Program-made: the position numbers and the translations under genes
Shown here: one piece after another, positions 1-15,400 of the stretch
Position numbering within the stretch: position 1 is the stretch's first letter
Layout: every line of letters begins with the position of its first letter
NCBI GenBank assembly: GCA_024137785.1
Contig: JAHRHZ010000018.1
Coordinates: 32,343,307-32,407,306, forward strand
Direction: 5' to 3'
Length of the DNA: 64,000 bases
From: Ginglymostoma cirratum
Taxonomy: Eukaryota
Notes under the pieces: generated by a model
Told to the model about the DNA's origin: nothing
Databases searched by the model: none
The model's input: only the letters and a program-made list of their open reading frames with translations

Positions 1-81
1 GATTTTTTTTTGGGCTCAGTCAGTGTCAATCAATCTTATTTTCTTGACAGGGAAACAATCGTTTCTAATTCTGTATGAACT

Positions 82-283
82 GTCCAGAGATGTGCAAGTT
101 AGATGGATTAGCCATGTTAAATTGCCCCTAGTGTTCAGGGATGTGTAGGTTAGGTGTGTTAGCCATGGGAAATGCAGGGTTACGGGAATAGGGTAATGGG
201 CTGGGTCTAGGTGAGATGCTGTTCAGAGGGTCAGTGTGGATTCGTTGGGCTGAATCACCTGTTTCTCCACTGTAGGGATTCTA
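82..283 (+). mobile_element. 5'-truncated copy of the same SINE
   Basis: Core and tail match 6938-7095. Confidence 0.8.
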
Positions 284-2464
284 TATAAATGCTGACAGAG
301 ATTCCTGTTAATGTTGTACATTAATGGCGACGGTGAATACTTAAGTGGACGTATGGTTTACAAGACAGAATTAAGGTCACGTCAGTGTTGCTATTGCCAT
401 TTTAGCAATATCCTGGAACTGTAAGCAAATATTTGTAACAACATAGAGCCTTTATAATTCAGTATTTTAAATATTAAATTTGGGAACAAAAATTGACTCT
501 CTTGCTTTGCAGTTATCCTGTCAATAAATATGTTTTAATAGAATTGTCCACTATTTTAATGTACATGTAAATAAGTTTACCTAAATATACATTTATTGCA
601 CAGTTATATATGCAGTGCTTGCAGATAACGTTTCTTTGAGATTATTGGTATGGTATACATTTACAAGGAACAATGCATGTTTAATGTCTGAAGCAACTTT
701 TCAGGCACTAGATTAATCTTCACAGTTTCAACACTACCACCCCTGAACTCCTTGACAATTGTGAGGCAAAGATTTATAACCTGTCATGTTTGAACATGTT
801 ACTCAGAACCACACGATCTACAGCATGTCACAAGATAGTATTGTCAGTCTACCTTACATTATGTTGGTGGTAACTCACTTGAACTTTATTCTTATGGTCT
901 AAGAAGATAGTCATCCCTTTACTGTCTTGTCACCTATAGTAGACTACTAAATATGAAATTAGTGACAACACCCGGTAGTTTACTTTTGATATAAAATGAA
1001 AAAAATCTATCTTGTTTACATTTCACTGAAAAGTCTTAGCCTGATCAATGTGTAAAAGAAAGGGAAACTCTAATCAACTTGAGTAACATTTTAGTGCCAA
1101 CGAATTAAACAGACCAGCTTGTTGATAAGTCTCACAGGCTGGAGCTGTACTATGGCTGCTCCTTGGACTGATAATTGTGGCCTGCAATGTGATTGAGACC
1201 AAAGTGAAATGATCTGGAGAGAGTCTTGTAGTATTTGCTTTTCTGCATACAGAAATCACATCAATATCTGACTCCTGAATTACATTACCTCTTTTTGCAC
1301 AGCAATACACCTAAAGTGCTTGTCGTCACACAAAAACATCAGTACATGCCAACCCCCTCCTTAACTATCACTATCTTGATTACTTCTCCACAGCATTTTG
1401 CAGTAAGAACATCTTTTGACAATTGTCTGAAAAAGCACAAGTTTGTCAATGAATTAAATGACTAATTTCTCAGATTTGTCAATGCCGCTAAAGCAGAAGC
1501 AATTTTTTTAGCTACAAGTTTAACAATTAATTTATCAACATTATAATTGGTTCTAAGAAATTTAATTTCCAAATCTTAAAAGTTATTTGGTCACTGACTG
1601 ATCATTACCATATTGATTTATTTGAAAAATGGATTACTAGAATTTTAGAAAGTGATCTGAAAACACACCAAACGTTTGGAGTCACAAAGATGTGAAAATA
1701 CCACAGAGAGTTCTTTTTGAACAGAGTGGTTGAGTTTCAGTGGGTTGGGTAGAAATGTCAGTTTGGAATTTTTCTAAATCTTTAGTTGATACCTGATTGC
1801 CAGGAACATCTGACTAATTTCAGTTCACAGGTTGTGAAAGAGAGATGTTTATCATTCTCTTAACTGTTGTTTAGCATTTCTCTTAATTGTTACTTTTATT
1901 GTTTGTTCTTGCCAAATTGCTGTCCGCCCCTCTTGAGTCAGTTGTCTCCTTGTTAGTGCGCAGTTCCACTGGTTCTGTGTTGCCCACAAATATTTAGCCC
2001 AGATGTATATTATTCATATCTAAGCCTTGATTTCAAGCTTTAGTAGGTGATTTCATTGTGAGCGTATTAATCCTGTGCACATCTGTCACCCACATGCATA
2101 CTTCTATCAGAAGGCTGTTGGGCTGATTTCATAACCGTGATTTCCTGGCCAAATACCTGTAGCCTGGCAGCAATGCCATCAACTAATGTAACTGGACTAG
2201 CATATAAAATGGTAGGCACAAGAGCAACTCACAGCTGGGAATTCTGCAGCGAAAAACTCGTCTGATTTCCCAAAGCCTGTCCATCATCTACAAGGCACAA
2301 ATATCAGGAGTGTAAGAGAGTACTCTCACTTGCCTGGATGAATGCAAGTCCAACAATACGCAAGAAGCTAGCAACTATCCAGACCAAAGAAGCCCACTTG
2401 ATTGATGCCCTATCCACCACCACCAACATTCACTCCTTCCACCATGATGCTTACCTTCATTAGC

Positions 2465-3036
2465 CTGAGCACAGAATTGGAGCAAAGAATTCTTGTTTCA
2501 ACTTTCTAAAACATTGGTTAGGCCGCAGGTGGAATACTACGTGCAGTTCTGGTCACCATGTTATTGGAAGGATGTGATTGCATTGGAGAAGCTGTAGGGA
2601 TTCACCAGGATGGGTGGGGATTGCCTGGGATGAAAAATCTCAGTTAGGAAGAGAGACTGGACACGCTGGGTTTGTTTCCTTTGGAGCAAAGGAGGCTGAG
2701 GGAGTATCGAATTGAGGTGTACAAAATTATGAGAGGCATAGACCGAGTAGGTCATGAGAATCTCTTCCTCGGGCATAAATCTAACGTGAAGAGCATGTGG
2801 TTTGAGAAGAAATGAGAGAGAATTTTTTTCACCCAGAGGGTGGTAGATATATGGAACGTGCTGCCTGGGAGGGTACTCTTGCAACATTTAGGAAGCATTT
2901 GGATAAGTACTTGAAATGCCAGGGCATCGGTAGACTATGGACTAAGTGCAAGTAAGCGACATGAGTGTAGTTTGGTTTTCGTTGGTTGGTATTGACATGC
3001 TGGGCTGAAGGGCCTATTTCAAAGTTATATGACTCT
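2465..3036 (+). mobile_element. CR1-type LINE 3' fragment
   Basis: ttggttaggccgcaggtggaatactacgtgcagttctggtcacc and tail gggctgaagggcct...tatgactcta. Confidence 0.8.
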
Positions 3037-5204
3037 AAATAGGGAAGTGCAATAAATGCTAGACTTGCCAGCCATGCTTACATTCCACAAAGGAATTTTA
3101 AAAATTGTACCCATGTTGCTGACTGAAATCTGGTCAACTCAACTAGAAACTTTCTTGATCTGTTTGATGCAGCTACTTGTGTTTATTCTGATGGTCATGT
3201 TGAGAAGTAAAAGTGTTTGTAGAAACTTTAGCGATAAAGGTGTTCTGATGAAGGATTCTCTCCCAGAATTACAATTGCCGATTTTAATCTGGATGCTGGC
3301 AGATCTGCTGTGCCTTTCCCTCATTTTCTGCTTTCATTTCTTAATAATTAAATTGGCTGTTCTTCACATTGTGAAGTCGATCAAAACTGGGAATGGCTCA
3401 TGAAACAGCTCCACGAAATAAAGGTTGTGAATTTTCAGTAGGCTGTGAGATAGCAACCAACAGTTGTGTTGTCTGTGAAATGAAGTGAAATGAAGAATTT
3501 TAATTTTTTATCAATTAATATTGACACTTCTTTTTGTTGAGTTACGTCAAAAGTAGAGTGTTAAATTATATTGCAGTGTACTGAGATTGAGATGCATATG
3601 GGCGCTGTTTAAAAATAAGGAGTATCCCATTTAAGGCACAAGAAGAGGAAAAATTTCTTCTCTCTTCCTTAGTGAGCAGTGGTGGTTGGGTCATTGAATA
3701 TGTTCAAGGCTGGATTACTCAGACTCGCTTACACCTGTTCTTTGTGTTCTTATTTCTGCATACTTTGTCCCTTTGGGATATGTGTGGATGAAAGGGGAAG
3801 TAAAATGATGTTACAATACAAACATGCAAAATGGAAGCACTGGCAAAGCCAGAACTGAAAATTATATTTAGCTAGTAGCTACTAAGAACAACTGTTTTAA
3901 TACCCCACAACTCCCAATGTAGATTTTTTTTTTAGACCGTTTATTGTTTGTTATCAAAGGTGCTCCTTTGAAATCCGCAGAAAGATTAAGAACATAAAAA
4001 GCTTCAATCTTTCTGTGGTATGCGTGTCATTAAATGAAAAGTGGTTCAGTACCTCCCTTCCTGAAGCTGTTGACCTTTTGTTAGCCTCTCAGCTGCCAGA
4101 TTAGGAACCAGAGTAGGTGAGAGATCAATTAAAACAGACAGTAGAGGGTAAAGGTCCAACCCCTGTCCTAACTGAGATCAATCAAACTTTCCAGACTGTG
4201 GCTTCAATTAAGGGCTGTCTCAACTGAGTGCGTCAGGTCAGTGCTTCTCAAAATTTTGAAGGAGCTCTTCAGATGAATCGGGCACCAAGGAACATCTAGA
4301 ATGTAATGTGTAATCCTCCGCTACTTTAAATGCAAAAACCTTTGTTTTCACCCTCATTTACATAAAAGACAGACAGTGAAACAAACACAGTTGTGGGATA
4401 AATAAGAGAAAATACAGTCCGGCCCAGGGTTGTGAACAGGTTCCGTTCTGGGGTCTGTTTGCTAGACAGTTTGTTTGAAAGTCTGAACACAATTCAAGAC
4501 AATGGAAAATAGCCATTCCTAAGTGTAGGAAATGTTCATCTGTTGCGTCTTTAAAACTTATAATCAAATTCATAGATATGAGCATTTGTAACTGAGACAT
4601 TTGTAAATCAGGGATTTCCTGTAACAAAGGTGGGCAAATTACTTAAGTGGTTTTCATGATGCTTTGTTCCACAGCCGCAGATAATGGTTCTTTGGTTGAC
4701 TTTCTGAAGATGTTGATGCCTCTGGTTTTCCGTTAGTCACCAACATCTCGTAGCACACATCATGGGTTGTGATCAAAAGCACCCTAACTACCTCACCACA
4801 GCTAGCCCTTCGCCAGTCCAACAGGACCTCCGAGTCCCTATGGCAATGCAGAGTGCCAGTTACCCTCCACCTGACCTGCTGGGATGAATAAAGCAAATGG
4901 TGCAGAGCAACTGTGGACTGCCAACACTTGTCCCGTTGCACATATGAGCTGTAAGGATGCTGCCAGGGCCAGGAATTGTGGGACATCCTGGCAGTGACTT
5001 ACACCTGCACTGTGTATGACAGCTGGCGCTGCCATGGTTAATGGTGCGCCATTAATTAAGCACATATGCGGAGGTAGCGGGAGAAATCCTGGTAGGGTTA
5101 ACAGACAGAAAGCCTTCGTGACCCTCACCAAAAACCACACTTAGCCAACATCTCGTATGATTCAGCCCAGTGTGTCTGCTGCTGATTGCAGAGCGTTTTT
5201 TTTA

Positions 5205-5570
5205 CCAGAGCAGATATAGAGCAGGAGCCTGGGGACAACAAAACTGGGGGAGAACAGGAGAACTGGAGCCTGGGAAGAGTATTAACAAGGAGAGAATAGT
5301 TATCTTGAGAGAGCTGCATCATGGAGAAAGCATTTTGAGACCGAGTACTAAGAAAGCAAAGCAAGAGGCATCTAGAGTATTGCCCATCAGTAGCGAGAAA
5401 GCAGGAGCCTGCAGAGACTGGGGCAACAAACAGACCAGGAGCATGGAGGCGAGGAAAAAATGAGAGAGAAGGTGCTGCAGAAAGTATAAGCACAAAGAGC
5501 AGGAGCCTGAGGAATCAGGACAGAGCAAGCACTGCTGGAGAAAAACTGGAGCATGAAGAAGCAAGGCATG
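5205..5570 (+). repeat. degenerate purine-rich tandem repeat
   Basis: Recurrent agcaggagcctg / actggagc units. Confidence 0.45.
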
Positions 5571-5591
5571 TCTCTGACCACTGCTTAATTA

Positions 5592-5783
5592 GTTATACAA
5601 ACACACAAAAAAAACAGAAGCGCAGCAGGTCTGCAAGCCTCTGTGGAAAGAAATCTGAGTTAACGTTTTGGGTTCAGTGACCTGCCCTCAGAACTCAGTT
5701 CTTCGGGTCTTCAGATGTGTTGAGCTTTTCCAGCAATTTCTGTTTTTGTGTCTGATTTCCAGCATCGGCAGTTCTTTCAGTTT
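5592..5783. mobile_element. decayed hairpin element
   Basis: Same arm family as 31684; tgcttaatta at 5582-5591 and 5784-5793. Confidence 0.65.
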
Positions 5784-6260
5784 TGCTTAATTACTGTTTC
5801 TTGCTCTGGGTGATCACCTAGTTTACCCCCCCGCAAATAAGGCAGGCCCTACATTGTAAATCCCGAAAGGTATCTGTAGACCCTAGCTTGAGGGTTGCTG
5901 CTTTCATCAATCACTGGATCAGTTAATGAGCCAACATATTACCTGTCACCTACGTTAGAGTATTCTTTCTGATGATCCACTCCCACCATCTGTTAATAAT
6001 AACTCTGAAATTGAAAAAAAATTCTCGCATTACAAGTATCAGAATATAGGTAGAGGCTCATTACTGGAGAAATGCCATATCTATTCTCTTCCATAATTAA
6101 TCTTCTTAATTCATGAAAATAAAAACAACATTCCACATGTTAATATTAAAATAATTTAATTGCATAGCACAATAATTGATTAATCAAGAGCAGATTGTGT
6201 TTAATTTCAACTAATAATTGATTTTTAAACAATCATTAGGTTTGTCAAGCAACATAACTG

Positions 6261-6490
6261 ATGGCCTCCGAAGATAGCTATGGTGTCAAATCAAGCGTAT
6301 TCATTCGTCAAGATAGTTCCAGCACATCACTCTCTCTAGGCTTTGACCCATATCAAGATGGACTAAATCTTCAGTTTGTTGAACCATTAGAAGATAGGTA
6401 CAAATGTGTCACTTGTTCATTTGTACTTTGCAATCCGTACCAGACTGGATGTGGACATCGATTTTGTGAAAATTGCATTGCAGAATTAAT
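6261..6490 (+). CDS. TRAF5: TRAF5 coding exon 1 (start codon, RING N-half)
   Basis: ATG at 6261, probable acceptor ag at 6238-6239, encodes CVTC...CGHRFCENC; donor gtaagt at 6491 (phase 2). Confidence 0.95.
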
Positions 6491-9400
6491 GTAAGTAACA
6501 ACTTCTAATATTCACTTTGAAAGTTGTTCAATTTTAAATTGTTGATTGGCAGTGAAAATGAAATACCCAACTGAGTTGGTTTGTTGTCAGTTTCTTGTAC
6601 ATGTTTATTTCATTAAAGTATTGTAACCATCTGTTGAGCTGACCGTCCCTCACTTATTTGATTTGTAATCAGCGAGATACTGGAGAGAAGGGACTATTAC
6701 TCTTAAGTTGCCCTAAATTTTTGCAGGTAATTCATAAATGGATATGTTATGACTTCCTCTCTCCTCCAACTCAAGTTTGGAACTAAAATATTGATTAAAC
6801 ACATTCCTTCATGAGTGGCACGGTGGCTCAGTGGTTAGTACTGCAGCCTCACAGTGCCAGGGTCCCGGGTTCGATTCCAGCCCCAGGTGACTGTCTGTGC
6901 AGAGTTTGCACGTTCTCTGCGTGGGTTTCCTCCCACAGTCCAAAGATGTGCAGGCTAGGTGGATTGGCCATGCTAAATTGCCCATAGTGTTCAGGGGTGT
7001 GTGAGTTATAGGGGGATGGGTCTGGGTGGGATGCTCCAAGGGTCAGTGTGGACTTGTTGGCTGAAGGGCCTGTTTCCACACTGTAGGGATTCTAATTCTA
7101 ATAGCTGCCCTTCAGTTACCGTGCTTAGCGTAGCAGACCCGTCTAGGAATGCTGATCTTTGCTGTATTTGTTAATGTCCAAGTACTCAATATGGATAGTT
7201 ATATAAATGATCTTTGAATTGTGTGTCCAGGAAATAATGCAATTTTATTTGTATAAAGTATTATATGAGAGCATCCTAATAGATTGGAGTATGCAGTAGA
7301 ATCATGTACAATAAGATTTGCAAGAATAATTTTCAGTGTTCTGAACAATTGAAACTATTTTAAATCTTTTACCTAATTCTTCTTTTCTGTTTGTAAAATG
7401 CTTTCTAGAGAGACTAAACCTATTGCTATTTGTCCCATTGATCACGAAAAGATTATTACAAATTGGGTAAGATAAAGTTATATCTTATATATATATTAAA
7501 CAAAGATAAAATAGTGAATAAAAAAAAGTGAAATTCCTCTTAATGAAAAGCAATAGTTGCATATTTTCTCCATATCTATCTTCTAAAGATACCACACTTG
7601 CAAAAATTTTACAATTCAAAGTTGTGCATCGGCACAATTTGATGAGCCGTTTGCTAATTGTGAAGAAAGGTAAAAGTGAATTTTGTTTTGTTAAAAGCAT
7701 TTTGCTACATTTTAAGGAATACCTGTGTCTTTTAAGAAAACATGAGTTGCATGGAGTAATTCTTGTGTGCTTACAATGACATATATGAATAAGTGGACAA
7801 CCACTTGGCTTTTACAGTTCCTTGCAGTGAGTTCCTTATCTCCGTTGCTTGGCTAGCATAGTTATGCTTTTGGAAGCCAGGAGGAAGGATGGGGTAACAC
7901 AGTGTGGAGCTGGGGGAACACAGAACCTCTTTTATGATGCTGTTGTATTGAAAGGATCTCAAATTAACTTCATTAAATATAATAATCCAACTTATGCTGG
8001 CAACATCTGCCTCAAGCAATAAAATTACTGTGCTTCAAGTTTGAAAAGAAACTGCCATGTTCAATAAGTGTGGCATGTTGAACACAGTGACATTGACTTA
8101 ACAGTACAGAAAGAAAATTAAATCCTTTGCAAGTACAGTCACTGTTGTAAAGTAGGAAATTATGAAGAAAATTGTGCCTGGGCATGAAAATGGGCTGGGC
8201 TTGAGAAAGCTTCAGATTCTCTTAGTGATTAGAGTGCTCTCAAGACAAATTATGACATGTATTTAACATACCTAATTACATAAATCACAAGGGGATCAGT
8301 TCACATGCACATCCTTGATATCAAATTCATGCTGATATGGATTTGAGCTTAAATCTGTGCTGTGATAGAATTTGGAAAGTACACAGAAGGATGAATTGAA
8401 CTAGAGAGACACAGGAAAAAAAAAGCTTAAATATTGTTTTACTAAAGCCTCAAATTTTAAAACTTGATTTTTATATTCTGTTAGACAATCTCATGGGACC
8501 TTGACTGATTGTGCTTTGTTTAAACTTGTTCCCTGACCTGTGGAGTATTGCCATTTTATTGTGTTCTATTTGTATTCAATCAGATACAATGAACATTGTG
8601 CAGAGTAATGGCAAGTGACCCCAAACCTAGCATGTTCGTTTTTACAGGAGGATTATCACAGTTCCACATTTTTCCTCTATAAATTTTCTTGCCTATTTCT
8701 AGATAACAAAAGACTTACATTGACCTAACAGTTTCACATATCTCTCCGAAACATCTCAGAGCATTTCACACGGAGTGAATTCCTTTGAAGTGCAAGACCT
8801 GTTACACTCATTCATGAAAGGCATATGCTAGGGTGCAGGGTCAAGTACCTCCATGAAACTGAACTGCTCATTGTTGATTAAACCTTGACATTGGATCCAA
8901 ACTTTCTTGCCCCCTCCCATCAATTTGTGCCCATGCGCATATGGGTGCATTAATTCAAATGAGGGGAACATGACCTTTGCTTGTTACTCACAATTAGAGT
9001 TGTTTGAATCTTCGGCAGGTCTGCCTGTTAGGCTCTCATGCCCAGCGCTCAATGTTTAGAAGGCTTCAGGCATTTATTGACAGAGCGACCTCAGTAGTTG
9101 CTCTCAAAGAATGAATGGACAGTCCCAAAAACAAGTGAGATGGAATCACTGAGAATTTGCAGTATAGAAACAGGCCATTCAGCCCCACCTTTTTGTGCCT
9201 ACGTTAATGCTTCTCAGAAACAGGTGAGAAGTATCACAACTGAGCCCATTCTAGTCCACATCCAGCATGGTTTCTGAATAGCAATATCAGCAGCAAATGG
9301 TACTGATTTTTTTTTTGGGCTTTGCTTCACTAGAGGCACTCTAGCTAACTTCATTCTGACACCTTCAACTGCATCAGCTCACACAGCATGCACCAGGACT

Positions 9401-12400
9401 GAAGAAGGAACTTTCTTGGCTTAGTATCACTCAATATGATTAGTTTACCCAATGACACATCAAAAGAATATACCAACTTCAGTGATGCAACAAATTCCCC
9501 CTGGATACTAAAAGCTTTATCTCTTTTAGATGGGCTAAAGAATGAATAATGTCCGACAGCTTATTTTAAACTCTGCTTATGACACACAAAGACAGGTTGA
9601 AACCGGCATCACAATTACAAAGATAACAAGGTGTAGAGCTGAATGAACACAGCAGGCCAAGCAGCAAACACTGTTTTGAAAGACAGAAGTGCAAATTAAT
9701 GACTAATAAAGATTTTTTAAAAATCAATGAATGATAGAAAGCTGAAAATATTGGAAATATGAAACAAAAACAGAAATTGCTAGAGAAACTCAGCAGGTCT
9801 GGCAGCACCTGTGGAGGAAAAGCAGAGCCAATGTTTCAGGTCCAGTGACCCTTCTTAGAACTGATTGTAGCTAGGAAAATGTGGTAGTTATGCTGATGAA
9901 GGGATGTGGGAGGAGGAGTGAGAAATAGGCGGAGATGGCGCCCAGAGAGACAGAATAACAGTTAACGTGGCAAAGGGATTGATAGTAGTATGGTCAGGAA
10001 AAAGGAAAACTGATAATGGGGGCCATAAGTGGGTGAAACTGAGTTGGCTGTGATGAACGCAGCCCATGTCATGACAGGCCTGGGATGTGAGGGTTGGTAA
10101 AGGATAGAGATGAAGGTGTTCAGGTTTATGATTATTTATTCCCCAAGGCTGCAATGTCTGCCAAGTGGAAAATGAGATGCTTTGACTCAGATTTCCAGCA
10201 TCACAGTTTTGTTATTTTATTTAAATATTGGAAATACTCAGCTGGCCATTTAAATTCTGAAGGGAAAGTTATATCATGGTTCCGAGTGGAATCTTTCATT
10301 TGAATTCCGGGTTAATCAGCATTTCTTATTTTGACTGCAGACTGAATGACTGTACTTTTTAAAAGTTCCTCTTTATATTGCAGTGTCTACTTTAAGAAAA
10401 TAATAATATTTAATATGTGCATTTTTTAAAGATATTTAGAGATAATTGTTGCAAGAGAGAAGTATGGAATTTGATGGTGTACTGTAAAAATTCACCAGCC
10501 TGCATTGTAAAAACATCATTTGGACGTTTAGGGGTGAGTACTGTAGAACTACTTATACAATATTTAATAAACTCTTGATGATTTTCTGCTTATTTTGTAT
10601 GTATGAACATCTTAGTAACATTTGTTTCAATTGCAAAGAACATAATTATATCCAGCTTTCTTCAAATGAAAAATATTTATCAAATATGTGAACATTAGCA
10701 TTGTTCTGCATTTCTGCCAAAGTTTTACAGTTTTTCTTATTTCGTAAAATTTAGGAAAAAAGTTTACGACAATGTTACTATGTCCTTAATTGACCACTGA
10801 AATTGCTTTTTGGTACTGGATCTTCCAATCACTGTATGACTATAATAATGCAGAATAACAATGTTGTCCTTTTCTACTTCTCTCTGCTGTAGATTTCTCA
10901 TTATGTCATTGACATTTCAGTAATTTTTAGCAAATTACATTAATCCAATTCAACATCAATTTCTTCTTGACTATCATCAGTGCTGGGATGGTGTCTCAAA
11001 ATTTGGACTAACAGCTGCTTTGACTCTTGTGATATTCATCTTTCAACCTTAATTTGTGATTTTCGCACAGCATTAGGCTATGTGATCCATGACCCATGCT
11101 GAGTAGGCAGATCTTCACACCAATCAGCATGTAAGATTGATTTGACTCTGGCACTGCTATTTTGGAGCTTAATAATCCAGATAATACTTTCTTCTAATCA
11201 TACTTGCCTGAGCACTGCTTCAGCCCCCATCACAACTCCTAGCTCCTATTTAGAAGGATTGTTAACTATTTTTGGGTGAGTTGCTGCTTGTTTTTTTTCT
11301 GCCTGTTACTATGATTGTATAAGTCACTGGTGCTTTCTAAAATTCTTTAAAGTTGCTAAAGTCTGCACTCTGGTGATGGCTGAAGGAGTTTATCAGAGCA
11401 CAAAGGCTTTTGCATAGCAGGTCACTCCCAAACTCGTGGAGTAGTAGGCATTCCTCATGGAATATAGCATGACTGAGAGAATGAACAGATCTCACACAAA
11501 CAAGGCAATGCTAGAAGAAGAAAGAGGAGGAATGTGAAAGGAGAAAGGCTGTCAGCAAGAAGTTATATCTGCCCTTGATGTTCAGTAAGCAAGTTTTTTA
11601 CCTGTGCCAAGTTTGTGCCAGACTCCTCCTGGCGATGCTTTATTTTTCTCAGATTAAGTATGTGTTGTATTTGAACTTTCGTTACTCAGTAAAGCATTTA
11701 TGACGCCTCAGCTCTTCTGAGTCGTCTGTAACCTTTGACCAAATTTTATACGCATTCTAACCACCCACTGTGTAAAGAGAATTTTTTACATCTTTTGTTC
11801 TGTTTTTTTTAAGAAGTGTTTTTGCTTGTTTCTTACCATCTTACTAAACAGTGAAAGCAATCCATAATTACTTAACATAGTTAAACTCTTTATTGTATTT
11901 GAATGTTCCAATTATCTAACTAAACATCTTAAATTTATTTTTTAAACTTACTTAAAGCTTCTTTTGATAATTGTAGCTCCTGCTATCAACCAAACGAAGC
12001 CATGCTTTATCTTTTCCATTGCATTTAGATCCTTTCTGTAATAACGTCTACAACTGTATGTAATGCTTCAACTGCTCCCTAACTAAAACCTCATAAAAGT
12101 TTAGCATTACCTTTTTCATTTATATGATTTGTTTTCTGTTTTCCTTTTGCAGGGCATATCTACTTGTGCTGCCGTCTGCAGTAATCTATGAGACTGCACC
12201 AACCTCCCTCTGTCTCCCTAATCTACTTAAAATCTTACATTTAAAGTGTATTCATATTCCATATTCTTGCTTCCAGAATATGCTACTTCACATTTTTATA
12301 TTTTGAACTATATCTCCCAGCCATTTGCTGATTTTGACAGCCTATCTGCATCTTCCTCTGTTGCGTAGTTCTCACTCTCACTTACTATGCACCTAATTTG

Positions 12401-15400
12401 GTGACATGGTCAAATTTCAACTTCTTTCCTCAAGTGTTAAGTCTAAATTTGTTAATGTATACTGTAAATAAAAGCAACTTCAGCACAAGCCCTGATGAAA
12501 CACAGAACATCACTTTGGGCAAGTCTCAAGAAACTTCCTTTTGCTCATAGATAACACAGTTTGGAGCTGGAGGAAAGGTCCCGACCCGAAACACCAACTT
12601 TCCTGTTCCTCTGATGCTGCCTGGCCTGCTGTGTTCTTCCAGATCCACACTGTATTGTCTCTGACTCCAGCATCTGCAGTTCTTGCGATCTCTTCCTTTT
12701 GCTCATGTTCTTTTGTTTTCTCTCCTCCAACTAAGCTCTATCAATTCTAGATCCTTAGTTTCATCTGCTATTGCCTTTGCCATAAATCTAGTTGGTTGTT
12801 GATTTTCAAATACCCATATGCTTTTAATGCTACAGTTATACTTCTGCCTGAATATTACAAATGTATCTACTCGCTAGCTGATATTATTCTGTTCTGATCT
12901 CACCTTGATTACTGAATCTTTGCAACTGGCTTTTTTGCTCACTTGTCCACAGGATGCGGGCATTACTAGATAGGTGAACGTTTATTACCTAGCCCTGAAT
13001 GCCCTGGAGAAGGTGCTGGTGAGCTGCCTTCTCAAACAAATGGCAGTCTATGTGGAGTGGGTAGCCACTTAGTGTTGTTGGGAAGGGAATACCAGGATCT
13101 TGACAAAGCGACAGCGTATGAAAGATGATATATTTCCAAGTCCAATTGTGTGTAATTTAGAGGGGAACTTCCAAGTGGATGTGTTCCCATGCATCTGCTG
13201 TCCTTGCCCTTCTAGCTGGTAGAGTTTGCGGGTTGGAAGGAGCTGTCAAAGGAATCTTGGTGCGTTGCTGCCGTGCATCTTGTAGATATGATGCACTGGC
13301 TCTTTGTGTCAGCATTAAAAAGAATGAATATTTAAGGTGGTGAATGGGCTGCCAACTAAGTGCCCTGCTTTGTCTTGCATAGTGTCAAGTGTCTTGAGTG
13401 TTGTTGGAGCTGCACTCTTCTTGGCAAATAGAGTGTATTCCATCACACTCCTGATTCCTGTCCTGTAAATGGTGAACAGGTTTGGGGAGCCAGGAGGTGA
13501 GTTACTGGCATATTAAACTTTGATTCTCAACATAGAAAAGCCTAAAATACAGATGTAAAAAATATTATTCATGTCAATCATTATCAGATGAAGGAAAAGT
13601 ATTAGGAAGAGGTGATCTCATTTTGTTTTGTCTTTGCATCAGTCAGCCAAACTGCCTCTCATGTGAAGAAGTTAATTGACTTGGAAAAATTAACAAACAG
13701 CAGACTTCCCCCAGGCGGCATGGTGACTCAGTGGTTTCCTCCCACAGTCCAAAGATGTGCAGGGTAGATGGATTGCCCTAGCTAAATTTCCCCTGGTGTT
13801 CAGGGATGTGTAGCTTAGGTGGGTTAAAGGAAATGAGTCTGGGTGGGATGCTCCTAGGGTCAGTGTGGACTTGTTGAGCCAAAGGGCCTGTTTTCACACT
13901 GTAGGGATTCTATTCTATGAATTAATTTTCTACAAGGTGCACTATCAAGGTTTCCCCATCAATATTACATTCACTGCAGAAAGGTGCTAATTTGAAATCT
14001 TTCAAGCCTCTATTCAAGGGCATCTTGCTGCACACCTATGATCTCACAGAGCTGTGAGTGGGCACTGTAACATTTACACAGCTGCTCAAATGCACTGGCA
14101 ATGTTGAATATAGCAAGACCGTGTGCAACAGGGAATATCCAAACATCCAGTTTATAACTCAGTCTCTTCAATACTCCAAAATTATGTTCCTCACTCTCCA
14201 TAGAAATCTCAGTTCTTGAAATATGTCCCAGTTTGTCACTTTGCTATTCTATCTACCTTAGTAGAAATGATTGAGGTGGAAAGGGGGAAACTATGGAAAG
14301 CAGTGACTTAACACAATGCCTGACCACGTAAGATGCCTAAATTTAAGTACAGTCCACAGTGCTACGTGATATGCTGTGTACATTATCAAACTAATGCCTT
14401 GAGAGTTTAGGACTACAGCAAACAGACAATGACAATCTGGCTGAATACGCAGTTTAACGGGTAACATTTTGAATTGCGTGCTCTGGAAACAGGTTTGGAG
14501 CCCATGTCAGGAAATTGTCCAGATTGTTTTCCATCCAAAACTAGAACATTTCATTTGAATTTGCATTCACGCACAGGACATAAGAAAATGGAAGAATTCA
14601 ACCTGGTGCAGTAGGTGGTATTCTTCAAAGTTCGGGGCTAAGACAAAGCTCTTTGAACCTTGCTTGTGTTTTATACTGACATTTGGTGTCAAAAGTGAGA
14701 AGGGTGTAATTCACTTACACTGACAGCTCTTTTCTTGATGAAGATAAAATACTGACCAAATCAAAATCCAAATTCATGACTTGCTGATAATTTTTTTTCT
14801 CTTTTATTTAAGGATCACCTTAAAAAATGCGAGTTTGAAACTGTAGCATGTGTCAATGGTTGTGATGCTATCTTACATAGAAAAGATTTAATGGGCCACT
14901 TACAAACAGTATGTGAATATAGAGAAGAAGCCTGCCAATATTGCAAAGTGAAACTGATCTTTAAAAACATAAAGGTAATACTATATTCGGTGGGTAATCA
15001 ACTATTTTGTTGGCCAGTTCATGATTGCTACATAATTTTGTGATGTGGAGGCGCCAGTGTTGGACTGGGGTGGACAAAATCAGAAGTCACATGACACCAG
15101 GTTATGGTCCCACTTCACCTGATGAAGGAGCAGCGCTCCAAAAGCTTGTGATTTCAAATAAACCTGTTGGACTATAACCTAGTGTCGTGTGATTTCTGAC
15201 ATAATTTTGTGCCATCGAAGGTAAACTATGTTCTTATTGCCTTGGCTTTCTGTATATCAGGCTTTGGTTTCACGTGCTCATCGAGATTTCTGTTGCCTAC
15301 ACAAGGTTATTTTGTGTCTCTTGACTCATTATCATCATTAACTCAGACAGAAACTCCTGGATTCTAGTCCATGTTTAAGATTTGAACACGTACTGGTGGC

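Noticed and set aside
5125-5581. Cluster of overlapping ORFs upstream of TRAF5
   Set aside because: They result from a stop-poor degenerate repeat.
6815-6890. tRNA gene
   Set aside because: It is the tRNA-derived head of a SINE and continues into the SINE core and tail.
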